Shown: positions 1-9,523 of the stretch, one piece after another
Layout: each line of letters starts with the position of its first letter
Position numbering within the stretch: the stretch's first letter is position 1
Origin: Wolbachia endosymbiont of Dirofilaria (Dirofilaria) immitis
GTDB taxonomy: Bacteria; Pseudomonadota; Alphaproteobacteria; Rickettsiales; Anaplasmataceae
Length of the DNA stretch: 32,000 nucleotides
Assembly (NCBI RefSeq): GCF_013365455.1
Contig: NZ_CP046578.1
Coordinates: 90,001-122,000, forward strand
Reading direction: 5' to 3'
Notes under the pieces: generated by a model
The model's database searches: none
The model's input: only the letters and a program-made list of their open reading frames with translations
What the model was told of the DNA's origin: nothing
Translations under genes and position numbers: made by a program

Positions 1-1
1 A

Positions 2-307
2 AAAAAGAATAACAAAAATAAGGATAAAGATGGAAAGGTTGCGGAAGGTGAGTACCGTATAGATTTTGCTAACTCAGAGGGTAAGGAGTGTTATGTTATT
101 GTTACAAGCGAGAAGAGCCAAGAAGTAGGCAATACTTTGCTCTTAGATATAAGTTCACTGAGCATGAAAAGCGATGAAGGTAAATATGTGGCTCAGACTG
201 AGATGTCAAAAATATTGGGACTGGACAAAGCTGGTGCTAAAGAGTTTAATACTTATTTAAACTCAGTTATTGTTGGGCAGGCTGTAGAGCAAGAACAAAC
301 AAAGTAA
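2..307 (+). CDS. 3' end of a hypothetical protein whose start lies upstream of the window (101 codons visible: ...EGEYRIDFANSEGKECYVIVTSEK...VGQAVEQEQTK*)
   Basis: Frame 2 is open from the window edge to TAA at 305-307. A strong intrinsic terminator follows about 20 nt later. No family recognised. Confidence 0.5.
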   Translation, partial: KKNNKNKDKDGKVAEGEYRIDFANSEGKECYVIVTSEKSQEVGNTLLLDISSLSMKSDEGKYVAQTEMSKILGLDKAGAKEFNTYLNSVIVGQAVEQEQTK

Positions 308-327
308 GTAGTATGGCTAAGTAAAAA

Positions 328-354
328 AGAGGTAGATCAAGTCTACCTCTTTTT
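328..354 (+). terminator. Rho-independent terminator after the upstream hypothetical gene
   Basis: Perfect 9-bp stem agaggtaga (328-336) / tctacctct (342-350), 5-nt loop tcaag, then TTTT (351-354). An A-run precedes it, so it may act in both directions. Confidence 0.65.
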
Positions 355-812
355 ATCCTTCTTAAAAGTTCTTGAATTTCAAGCACTATATTTGTTGTAT
401 TTTTTCCTTATCAGGGGGTAGTGCTACCATGTAAGTAACTGCATTATTAGCATCTAGAAAAAAAAGAAATACAGATTCTAGTGTCGCGTACTGAAATGAT
501 GTTTATCTTTAGATTATAGTTGAAAGTATTGGAAGTTTCAACAAGTAGAAAAACAAAAAAACTGTAGTGTTGAGTTCAATTAATCTACTACTATTTCCTA
601 AAAAATCGCAGTTAATTTTTCCTTACAGATTTGCCTAAAGGCTTAATTGATAAAGAATGTTTCAGTTTTGGCTATAGGGAAGTTGGTTGATATTTGTTAA
701 GACCTTTTAGAAGTAAGTAGTATGAGTTGATAATTTTAAGTAAGCAGAAAAGAGATCAGTTTTTGATGTGAAAATAACAGGGGTTAAGTTATTGTAAAGA
801 ACAATAGTTGAA

Positions 813-849
813 ATTACAGCAGCATATTGCATTCACCTGCTGCTGTAAT
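813..849. repeat. Perfect 12-bp inverted repeat (hairpin or palindrome) in a non-coding spacer
   Basis: attacagcagca (813-824) and tgctgctgtaat (838-849) are exact reverse complements, with a 13-nt spacer. No adjacent T-run. Confidence 0.8.
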
Positions 850-2034
850 AAAACCTTCGGGTACTAAGAAGTTAATGCTTGCCAGTTAGCTTATAAGTTA
901 CTGCCTTGCTTGAATTAGTGGTGAATAATTGATATTAATGTTATTTTTAGTATAAAATAGACTAGCAATGAGGTACTTAAAGTAGTAGTCTCTTTTATGA
1001 GCTTCATTATTCGTTGTTTCATACCGGCAATAGTAGAAGGGGAAGAACATGGAGAAATTACTATGGCGCTCATAAAAAGAGAGCACTGATAATGTAAAAA
1101 AAAGGAGTAGTAGCGGTAAAGAGAATTCAAGCTGAATGTTATAATAAATTAGATATTAGTTATAACTGATGAGTAAGAAGTAGAACATTAGATAAATCCA
1201 TTAGGCTAGATTAAGTAGAGTTAGAATTGCTAAAATACGTGCTAAAGGAGGGTTAAATTTTTAATTGCTGAAGTACTAAACTATAGAATGAGAATATATT
1301 AGCGAGCAAACCTGTTGAATGTGCTATTTTTAAAATTATGTATACTGCTCTTGGATAAATTTAGACATTCTACTTAGGAGTAGAGTTGTAGCATTAAAAA
1401 CTCTAAATATAGAGAAGGAAATAATGTTTTTGACTCTATTTTAGAGGAGTATAAATAAGTAAGATTACAAGAAACTTCAGGCGTTATTAGTGTACTTGAC
1501 GAGTGCGCTGAAAATAAGGGAGTTACATGTATTTATAGTGACTAATCTGATGTTTACTGGTTTTCTCTAGTTGCTACAATAGTGATACCTACTCTACTAT
1601 AAATGCTTTTATGTATGTAAACTATGGTAAGGCAAGCTAAATTAGAAAGGTAAAAGAAGCTGTACTTAATACTTGTGAAAAAGATGATAAAAGTAATCTT
1701 AAGTTAACAGCAGGAAAATTTGGTGTGGGTTAGTGAGAACAACATATTAAAAGTTTTTGGATTATGTTTTAGTGAAGATTATTTGGTACAAGAGGCAATA
1801 AAAACATAAATATTTGGTAAAAAAGAAACAAGCCTACGCTCCTTTTCTAGATATTTTTTATTTTTTTAATTGATTAATATATTTAATAATTATCATCTAA
1901 TAATGATGATGCTTGTAATGTAAGAATAAGTGAATTTTGTTTACTGTTTATATCTATAAAGTAAAAGTGTTTGCATATTGTTAAAAAAACAGTAACTTAT
2001 TATCAAGTGAATCTGCTAAATTTGAGAAATGTAA

Positions 2035-3224
2035 ATGTCTATTAACCTCAGTTTCTCAGAATTGCCTGTACTATATCCAAGAATTACTGTTATAGGTGTT
2101 GGTGGTGCTGGTGGAAATGCTGTGAATAACATGATTCAATCTAATTTACAGGGAGTAAATTTTGTTGTAGCAAATACGGATGCTCAAGCGCTAGAAAAGT
2201 CATTGTGCGATAAAAAAATTCAGCTGGGTATTGATTTAACTAAAGGGCTCGGTGCTGGTGCCTTACCTGATATTGGTAAAGGTGCAGCAGAAGAATCGAT
2301 TAAAGAAATTATGGAACATATAAAGGATAGTCATATGCTCTTTATAACAGCAGGAATGGGTGGTGGTACTGGTACAGGTGCAGCGCCAGTAATTGCAAAA
2401 GCGGCAAGAGAAGCAAGAACTGCAGTGAAAGATAAAATGTTAAGAGAAAAAAAATATTAACTGTTGGAGTTGTAACTAAGCCATTTGGCTTCGAAGGTGT
2501 ACGTCGTATGCGTATTGCAGAGCTCGGATTAGAGGAATTGCAAAAATATGTAGATACACTTATTGTTATTCCAAATCAAAACTTGTTTAGAATTGCTAAT
2601 GAAAAAACCACGTTTGCTGATGCATTTAAACTTGCTGATAATGTTCTGCACATTGGTATTAGAGGAGTAACTGACTTAATGATTATGCCAGGGCTCATTA
2701 ACCTTGACTTTGCTGATATAGGAACAGTGATGAGCGAAATGGGCAAAGCAATGATTGGTACTGGAGAGGCAGGAGGGGAAAATAGGGCAATTAATGCTGC
2801 AGAGGCTGCAATGTCTAATCCATTGCTTGATAATGTATCGATGAAAGGCGCGCAGGGGATATTGATTAACATTACGGGTAGTGGGGACATGACTCTATTT
2901 GAAGTTGATGCTGCAGCAAATAGAGTGCGTGAAGAAGTGGATGAAAATGCAAATATAATATTTGGTGCTACTTTCGATCAAGCGATGGAAGGTAAAGTTA
3001 GAGTTTCTATTCTTGCAACTGGTATTGATAGTAGTGCTATCCGTGATGATAGAGTGGAAACTTCCTCTGTTAGTCAAACTAGGGCTTTAAAGGAAGAAAA
3101 GTTTAAGTGGCCTTACAGCCAAACTTCAGTGCCGGAGACGAAGACGACTGAGCAAGTAAGTGAAAAGGTAAGATGGAATAATAACATTTATGATATACCA
3201 GCTTACTTAAGGAGAAAAAAATAA
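2035..3224 (+). CDS. ftsZ: Cell division GTPase FtsZ. As sequenced, the reading frame is interrupted by a frameshift in an A8 run (2447-2454); the ORF track shows two pieces, 2035-2460 and 2508-3224.
   Basis: N-terminal piece has [13 protein letters not shown] and the tubulin signature [11 protein letters not shown]. The second frame is open from 2436 and reads [21 protein letters not shown] before the listed Met. The C-terminal peptide is [10 protein letters not shown]. One extra A restores a single ORF of about 397 aa. Confidence 0.9.
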
Positions 3225-3597
3225 TGCAATTTTTGTGCTATTTCAGTCAGAACTAAGTGAATATTTATTATAGAAATATGGAAAGAATAGTAAAGTAGGT
3301 GGTGTATTCAACTATCAAGTTTAAAGTTATATAATAGGGTATAGAGCTGAGGTGGATTTACTTTTTTTGCTATACAGGTAAAGAAGAAGTGGTATTTGAA
3401 GTAATTAAAGTCTTTAAGAAATATAATTATGGTAGCGGTTGTTGATTTGGATCAGTGGTTATGAAATTTTCTGAGTTTTTAAGTAATCAGACGGCGTTGA
3501 GTGATATAAAAAAATCTACTTTTGAAAATATAACTATGTTAAAACGGCTATGTTTATCAGTTTTTTTAGTCTCAGAAATAAATAGAAGGGTGAATAA

Positions 3598-4074
3598 ATG
3601 TTAGAAGTAAATGTTTTTGATGAGAGATGGAATAGTATTGTAGAGGATCCAGAGCGATTTGTGTTAAATATTATAAATGTTTCTCTACAGAAATTAGAGA
3701 TAGATCACTATAAACCAAGTATATCAGTGGTTCTTGCTGATGATGATTTGCTACATCAACTTAATTTAAAGTTTAGAAAAATGAATAAACCGACTAATGT
3801 ATTATCATTTCGGTATGAGCAACTATCTAGTAAGTGTGATTTAGGTGATGTAGCGATTTCAATAGATACAATACAAAAAGAGTCGAATGAATATAGTGTA
3901 TCTACTATAGCTTATGTTGCGCATATGTTAGTGCATGGATTGTTACATTTGCTTGGTTACGATCACCAAAAAGAAGATGAAGAAATTATAATGAAAAGCT
4001 GGGAAAGCAGGATTTTGACTTCGCTTAGCTGCAATTACTTGTCTGATTTAGAAGGAGATTTAACAAAAGTATAG
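3598..4074 (+). CDS. ybeY: rRNA maturation endoribonuclease YbeY
   Basis: 158 aa with the zinc-binding motif [11 protein letters not shown] near the C-terminus. Size is typical of YbeY. Confidence 0.85.
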   Translation: MLEVNVFDERWNSIVEDPERFVLNIINVSLQKLEIDHYKPSISVVLADDDLLHQLNLKFRKMNKPTNVLSFRYEQLSSKCDLGDVAISIDTIQKESNEYSVSTIAYVAHMLVHGLLHLLGYDHQKEDEEIIMKSWESRILTSLSCNYLSDLEGDLTKV

Positions 4075-4145
4075 TAGGTAATGGTAAAATATGTTATTTA
4101 CAAAATAAAGGATATTTTTAGCTATAAACAATAAAAGGTAAATGT

Positions 4146-4934
4146 ATGGTCCAGTTTTCTTTACCAAAGAATTCTAAAGTTAATAGAAAGGGTAAAGTTT
4201 ATCCTGCTCCTGCTAGGGCAAAAAACGTTAGAAGATTTCAAATTTACCGTTGGTCAGCTGATGACGGAGAAAATCCTAGGATAGACACATTTTTTATTGA
4301 TATGGATGATTGTGGCTCTATGGTGCTTGATGCGTTAATAAAGATAAAAAATGAAGTAGATTCGACCTTAACTTTTAGGCGTTCTTGCAGAGAAGGAATA
4401 TGTGGATCTTGTGCTATGAATATTGGTGGAACCAATACTCTTGCATGTATTAAGTCTATATCTGATATAAAAGGTGATGTGAAAGTATATCCATTGCCTC
4501 ACATGTATGTAATAAAAGACCTAGTTTCTGACCTGAGCCAATTTTATGAGCAATATAAGTCGATTAACCCTTGGTTACAAGCAGATAAGCCTGAATTACC
4601 GAACAAAGAATATTCACAATCTCCTAAAGATAGAAGAAAACTTGATGGACTTTCTGATTGTATATTATGTGCCTGTTGTTCAACTAGTTGTCCGAATTAC
4701 TGGTGGAACAGTGATAAATTTTTAGGGCCAGCAATACTATTGCAGGCTTACAGGTGGATTGTTGATAGCCGTGATGGTAAGACAAATGAGAGGCTTGATG
4801 CCTTAAGTGATCCATTTAGGTTATATTGCTGTCATACAATAATGAGTTGTACGAAAACCTGTCCTAAAGGGCTTAATCCAGCAAGAGCAATAGTAAAAAT
4901 AAAGCAGCTTATGCTAGAGAGGGGAGGAGTTTGA
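4146..4934 (+). CDS. sdhB: Succinate dehydrogenase iron-sulfur subunit
   Basis: Three cluster motifs are present: [13 protein letters not shown] (2Fe-2S), [12 protein letters not shown] (4Fe-4S) and [17 protein letters not shown] (3Fe-4S). 262 aa. Confidence 0.95.
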   Translation: MVQFSLPKNSKVNRKGKVYPAPARAKNVRRFQIYRWSADDGENPRIDTFFIDMDDCGSMVLDALIKIKNEVDSTLTFRRSCREGICGSCAMNIGGTNTLACIKSISDIKGDVKVYPLPHMYVIKDLVSDLSQFYEQYKSINPWLQADKPELPNKEYSQSPKDRRKLDGLSDCILCACCSTSCPNYWWNSDKFLGPAILLQAYRWIVDSRDGKTNERLDALSDPFRLYCCHTIMSCTKTCPKGLNPARAIVKIKQLMLERGGV

Positions 4935-6074
4935 ATGGTACCTCTTGCACTCCTCGTATGAGAAAAGTAGACCTTCTGAAGCATAAGGTATTATTAATAT
5001 TCTAAATGCTTTTCCATTTGTGAAGTGGATTGTACTATTATATGGCACAAGTAATTTTTTGAATAACTCGTGCCTTTGGCTACTAATGGTTTTAAAATCC
5101 TCTTGTTTTAAAAGTTTTTTGGATTCAAATAAGTGAAACATGACTTCGTGATAAGTGGGATAAGATGCCAAGAGCTTTGTGTCAAATTGAAAGGTTTTTA
5201 CAAAAGCATTGTTAAAAAACTTTAGTTTTTGATTTTTGCCATATATCGTGATAGCAATTGGTAGCTCCTCGAGTAAATTTTTCTGTGCGGCTAAGTAGCT
5301 ATCTAGTTTGACATGTAACTCCTCTGTATCACTAATATCTTTTCCATACACTATTATGCTGCTGGAATTTCGTATTGGAATTTTAATGAAATCAAAAATT
5401 TTGCGCTCATTTTTGTAAGTTATTACATGTTTTCCTGATTTTGTGCTTTGAGTGCTGTTAGGAACAGCCAATCTTTGGGAGCTATTTATATATTTATCAT
5501 AAAAAAAATTGTAAAACTTTACCTTTTTGTTTTCATTATATTTGAGTATTGGAAATGGTAGAGAGTTGAAAATGTTTCTATAGCTCTCTATTTTTTGTTT
5601 AAGTTTATTGTTTTCTAGCTCAAGTTCAGTAGCTTGTATCTTATAGTCTGAGATATTTCTTATCCATAGGAGTACTCCGATCACAGTATTAGAATCATCT
5701 ACTATGCTTCTGCCATAGCATATACAGTAAACCTCACCATCTTTTGACTTTAAATCTAAAGTGAAGGATTTATTTATTTTTTTTGCCTCAGTAAAATTTT
5801 TAATTAGACTTTCTGATTGCTCGAAAAAATTTACGAACTCATTGAATGAATAAAAAACGGTATTGAGCAAAATCAGCAAATTAGGAGAGAATTTTTCTAT
5901 GCGTTTTTTTGCATCCCAGATATAAAAACCATCGTCTATAGTATCAATTAGATTATTTATTATGATATTTTGATGCTGTAGGCTCTTAATTCTATTATCT
6001 ACTTTCAATTTGGAATAAGAGAGAAAAAATAGTATTAAAATTAATAATAAAACTACTTCGTACAAAAAAAACAT
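4914..6074 (-). CDS. Membrane-anchored multi-PAS sensor protein lacking any histidine-kinase transmitter domain (probable truncated sensor kinase)
   Basis: N-terminal TM helix ([14 protein letters not shown]), then three PAS-like modules ([18 protein letters not shown]; [18 protein letters not shown]; [21 protein letters not shown]). It ends ...GLLFSYEE, and the last 21 nt overlap the convergent sdhB. Confidence 0.6.
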   Translation of the reverse strand: MFFLYEVVLLLILILFFLSYSKLKVDNRIKSLQHQNIIINNLIDTIDDGFYIWDAKKRIEKFSPNLLILLNTVFYSFNEFVNFFEQSESLIKNFTEAKKINKSFTLDLKSKDGEVYCICYGRSIVDDSNTVIGVLLWIRNISDYKIQATELELENNKLKQKIESYRNIFNSLPFPILKYNENKKVKFYNFFYDKYINSSQRLAVPNSTQSTKSGKHVITYKNERKIFDFIKIPIRNSSSIIVYGKDISDTEELHVKLDSYLAAQKNLLEELPIAITIYGKNQKLKFFNNAFVKTFQFDTKLLASYPTYHEVMFHLFESKKLLKQEDFKTISSQRHELFKKLLVPYNSTIHFTNGKAFRILIIPYASEGLLFSYEECKRYHSNSSPL

Positions 6075-6130
6075 AGTACTTTTAAAATGGACGTAAAAAT
6101 TTGTAACTGCTCAATAAAGGCATGTATAAG

Positions 6131-6910
6131 TTACGCTGAAGAAGTATACAAGTAAAGATTGCCTAATATCTGAAAGCCTAATCTTTTATAGAGGTTAACA
6201 GAAGGTTTCATACAATGTGCTACTACATATTTGCATTTAAGCTGCTGGATTATTTTGATTCTTTCTAAAACCATTTGGGTGCCTATTCCACGATTTCTAT
6301 GAATTGGTAAAACTCCATCACTGTAGAAACCGGCTACGCTATCTTGAATATAAAAACCGCATGTTCCGACAACTTCGTTATTTAGTGTTACAAGGAAGAA
6401 CTTTAATCCTGAGTTTTTATCATCGTAGTTTGGTAATCCGCGAAAAAATGTACTGACAATTCCAACATTATGATGAAAAATTCTAGAGGTACATAAATCT
6501 AACTGTTCCAAGAGGTTGCTATTGTTTACGATGTTTAACCTTAAATTTGGAACAACGTCAGCAGATAGGAGATAATTTTTCATATTAAGTAAAACTTTTT
6601 TCGGTGTACTAACGTGTTTTATTTCACTATTTTCTAAAATATTTTTTGCCCTTATATGTGAATTCATTACCCATGTTGCTTCTATGTTTCTTGTTCTAAG
6701 ATAATCTAGAGTTTTTTGTATAGAAAGTTTAGTACATTGATCTCCACAGAACACAAAGTTGAATAATGATTCCTTAGTTCCATTTATTGTAAACCCGATG
6801 TTATCAAATTCATTATGCACTTCCCACTGAGATAAGTTTGCTGTGTGCAGTATGTAATCCTTTAGATTTTGAGTAACTAGGCTTGAATAGTAGATTTCCT
6901 TATCCTGCAT
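6131..6910 (-). CDS. GNAT-family N-acetyltransferase
   Basis: C-terminal acetyl-CoA binding motif HRNRGIGTQMV in a GNAT-like fold region. 259 aa. The start overlaps the pgpA stop by 11 nt. Confidence 0.75.
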   Translation of the reverse strand: MQDKEIYYSSLVTQNLKDYILHTANLSQWEVHNEFDNIGFTINGTKESLFNFVFCGDQCTKLSIQKTLDYLRTRNIEATWVMNSHIRAKNILENSEIKHVSTPKKVLLNMKNYLLSADVVPNLRLNIVNNSNLLEQLDLCTSRIFHHNVGIVSTFFRGLPNYDDKNSGLKFFLVTLNNEVVGTCGFYIQDSVAGFYSDGVLPIHRNRGIGTQMVLERIKIIQQLKCKYVVAHCMKPSVNLYKRLGFQILGNLYLYTSSA

Positions 6911-7382
6911 ACACAGATAATGAATAATAAAAAGCCTCTATAAGAACACAAGCTAAGATTGCGGCTATAATATCATCTAGCATAACGCCTAGAGGACACT
7001 TGATGTTTTTATTAATCAAATTTATAGGCCATATTTTTATTATATCAAAAAACCTAAAAGAAAAAAAGCATAACATTAATAAAAGGCTATTCACTTCTTG
7101 GTTTAGCGGTACCGAAATTAAAAATATTGTTAATAATTGGCCAACTACTTCGTCAATTACTACCTCTTTTGGATCATGTAGGGTCTGGTAATGTTTTGTA
7201 TAGTTACTTATTGACCATAATCCAATTAAAAATAAGAAAAGAATAGTTGTTGCACCTAGAGTTCTATTACTTAGTACTATAGGAACAACTGGGTAAGAAG
7301 CTAAGCTGCCTACAGTACCTGGCATTTTCTTTATTGTGCCAGATAGCCACCATGTTGATATCAGTTTGTAAAAAATTTTCAT
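6900..7382 (-). CDS. pgpA: Phosphatidylglycerophosphatase A
   Basis: PGTVGSLASYP, FRFFDIIKIWPI and GVMLDDIIAAILA motifs. 160 aa, multi-TM. Confidence 0.85.
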   Translation of the reverse strand: MKIFYKLISTWWLSGTIKKMPGTVGSLASYPVVPIVLSNRTLGATTILFLFLIGLWSISNYTKHYQTLHDPKEVVIDEVVGQLLTIFLISVPLNQEVNSLLLMLCFFSFRFFDIIKIWPINLINKNIKCPLGVMLDDIIAAILACVLIEAFYYSLSVYAG

Positions 7383-7401
7383 AATACACTAAAGTAAAAG
7401 A

Positions 7402-8385
7402 TTAACTTAAAAAAACGGAAACGGTATCCTCTATAGGAGCATTTTCGTATAATAATCTATAAACCGCTTCACATATAGACATTTTTATTTTTAGCTTTTC
7501 TGCTAAATAAAATACGGATTGAGCAGTACTAAAACCTTCAGTCACTAATTTTCCTTCTGACAAAATTTGCTGAATGTTAAAACTATTATTACTACTACCT
7601 ATTTTAGATCCAAGAGATAAGTTTCTTGAATTTAAGGATGTGCATGTCATAATTAGATCGCCTAAACATGCTGGTCCAAGTAATGTGTCTATGTCTATGT
7701 TATTGTTATTGATTTTTGCTAAATAAAAAGTTTTGATTTCATTCATACTTTTTGTTATTAATGCTGCGTGGGTATTGTAGCCGAGTTTCTTGCCCAGAAT
7801 AACTCCACATGCTATAGCAAAAACGTTCTTTAGTGCTGCACAAATTTGCACCCCTATAACATCACTACTAAAATGTAACTTGATATTTTCTTGATGTAGT
7901 TCTGACATCAACTTTGAGCCTAGTGTATAGTTTTGACATGCAAGAACCATTGAATAAGGCAGTTTTTTTGCGACTTCCATCGCAAAGCTAGGACCTGAAA
8001 AAATAGCAACAGGGTTGTTAGGTAAAACTTCATTTACTATTTCACTTGGTAATTTTAATGTTGATCTTTCTATTCCTTTACAAGCTAAAATCATTGCTAC
8101 ATCTTTCTGCAATCCACAATTATATAACTGCTGGCATACCTGCCTTAGAGACTGAACAGGAACAGCGAAGATTATTGCTGAAGCATTAATTGTTTCTTCA
8201 ATGGTTGACTTTACTAACACATTGTCAGAAATTCGATAACCAGGTAACTTATCGCTTTCTCTTACTTTATTGATTAATTCAAATGTAGTTCTGCTACGGG
8301 CCCACAGGACTACATTCTGTTTATCACTCAGTGAAATTGCAATTGCTGTACCCCATGCACCAGCGCCTAAAATTGATATTGTCAC
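7402..8385 (-). CDS. gpsA: NAD(P)H-dependent glycerol-3-phosphate dehydrogenase
   Basis: N-terminal Rossmann ILGAGAWGTAIA, plus GPSFAMEVA and KNVFAIACG motifs. GTG start. 327 aa. Confidence 0.92.
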   Translation of the reverse strand: MTISILGAGAWGTAIAISLSDKQNVVLWARSRTTFELINKVRESDKLPGYRISDNVLVKSTIEETINASAIIFAVPVQSLRQVCQQLYNCGLQKDVAMILACKGIERSTLKLPSEIVNEVLPNNPVAIFSGPSFAMEVAKKLPYSMVLACQNYTLGSKLMSELHQENIKLHFSSDVIGVQICAALKNVFAIACGVILGKKLGYNTHAALITKSMNEIKTFYLAKINNNNIDIDTLLGPACLGDLIMTCTSLNSRNLSLGSKIGSSNNSFNIQQILSEGKLVTEGFSTAQSVFYLAEKLKIKMSICEAVYRLLYENAPIEDTVSVFLS

Positions 8386-8465
8386 ACAATGCTCCTAAAA
8401 ATTATTATTCTACTTTAGAATGGTGTGATAAGTAAATTAAAATATGACATAGATATGTAAAATAA

Positions 8466-8481
8466 TTAAATATTTATTAAC
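8466..8481. promoter_or_regulatory. Candidate CtrA box (TTAA-N7-TTAAC) in the gpsA/ctrA divergent spacer
   Basis: ttaa atattta ttaac is a full match to the alphaproteobacterial CtrA consensus, 230 nt upstream of the ctrA ATG. Chance matches are likely in DNA this AT-rich. Confidence 0.3.
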
Positions 8482-8710
8482 TTAAGTGCTCTTTTATGAT
8501 GATGTCTTTAATTCAATATTTACTGAAAATAATGTTATTTTTATGATATATAGTATATCTATTATGTATATTTTAGATCTGTTTATATGATTTTGGAATG
8601 GTATGTCCATTATAGTAGTTTTGACAATTTGTTAATAAAAGTTTGATTTGTTACTTTCCTTAGTTATATATATATTGCTAAAATTATAAATTACTTACGG
8701 GGTATGAAAT

Positions 8711-9481
8711 ATGCGTATATTGTTAATTGAAGATGATCAAGTAAGTGCAAAGACTGTAGTTAACGCTTTAACTTCTGATGGACACTTTTGTGATGTTGTG
8801 ACTTCTGCACAAGACTACAATAATAATATGGTTTCCTCGAATGGGGATCATTACGACCTAGTTATTCTAGATATACACTTACCAGGTGATATTGATGGAT
8901 ACGATATATTATTAAGGTTAAGAAGTGCAAAAATTAAAGTTCCTGTCTTAATACTTTCGTGCATATCTGCTGTTAATCAAAAAGCTAAAGGACTAGGGTA
9001 CGGTGCTGATGATTACTTAACTAAACCATTCCATAAGAGTGAGCTGCTTGCTCGAATAAAGGCAATAGTTCGTCGTACTAAAGGCCATCCTGAATCGGTG
9101 ATAAAGATTGGTAATATAAATATTAATTTTGATCATAGGGTTGTTGAAGTAAAAGGTAGAGCAGTTCACCTAACTAATAAAGAATATTCTATGATAGAAT
9201 TACTAGCGTTGCGTAAAGGTACTGTATTAACAAAAGAAATGTTTTTAAACCATCTCTATAATGGTTTAGATGAACCTTCAGATAATAAGATAGTTGATGT
9301 CTTTATGTGTAAGTTACGTAAGAAACTTGAGAGTGCAAATGATGGGAAAAGCCATATAGAAACTGTTTGGGGCAGAGGATATGTCCTGAAAGAATATCTT
9401 GATGATGAGGAATATTCTAACGTTAATGTAGGAGAGAATAATGGTGGCTATCAAGCAGAACAAGTGAAGGACGGTGCATAA
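8711..9481 (+). CDS. ctrA: Cell-cycle response regulator CtrA (OmpR family)
   Basis: Receiver domain MRILLIEDD...DLVILDIHLPG...ADDYLTKPF. Winged-helix region HLTNKEYSMIELLALRKGTVLTKEMFLNHLY...ETVWGRGYVL is nearly colinear with CtrA as I recall it. An acidic C-terminal tail follows. Confidence 0.9.
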   Translation: MRILLIEDDQVSAKTVVNALTSDGHFCDVVTSAQDYNNNMVSSNGDHYDLVILDIHLPGDIDGYDILLRLRSAKIKVPVLILSCISAVNQKAKGLGYGADDYLTKPFHKSELLARIKAIVRRTKGHPESVIKIGNININFDHRVVEVKGRAVHLTNKEYSMIELLALRKGTVLTKEMFLNHLYNGLDEPSDNKIVDVFMCKLRKKLESANDGKSHIETVWGRGYVLKEYLDDEEYSNVNVGENNGGYQAEQVKDGA

Positions 9482-9523
9482 AATGCTTATACATAGGCTA
9501 TTGTACTGATACTTATATGAATG

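Noticed and set aside
302-724. 14-mer aagtaagtagtatg repeated at 302-315 and 711-724
   Set aside because: An exact A/T/G-rich 14-mer is expected by chance several times in 32 kb of this composition. The flanks show no extended similarity.
898-1130. Two overlapping minus-strand ORFs in the spacer upstream of ftsZ
   Set aside because: They overlap each other in different frames and have Tyr/Phe/Ile/Asn-rich composition typical of random AT-rich DNA. No SD and no recognisable domain. The same verdict applies to 11354-11572, 13828-14046 and 19715-19927.
2576-3077. Antisense ORFs inside ftsZ (2576-2890 and 2895-3077, minus strand)
   Set aside because: They lie wholly within a well-supported FtsZ coding frame. 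Their products are low-complexity (Ala/Ser/Pro/Ile-rich) shadow translations with no start context or motifs.
3462-3602. 46-codon ORF ([47 protein letters not shown]) ending across the ybeY start
   Set aside because: No recognisable family and no SD. The composition is ordinary for AT-rich spacer. It may be a remnant of the gene that usually precedes ybeY, but that is unsupported.
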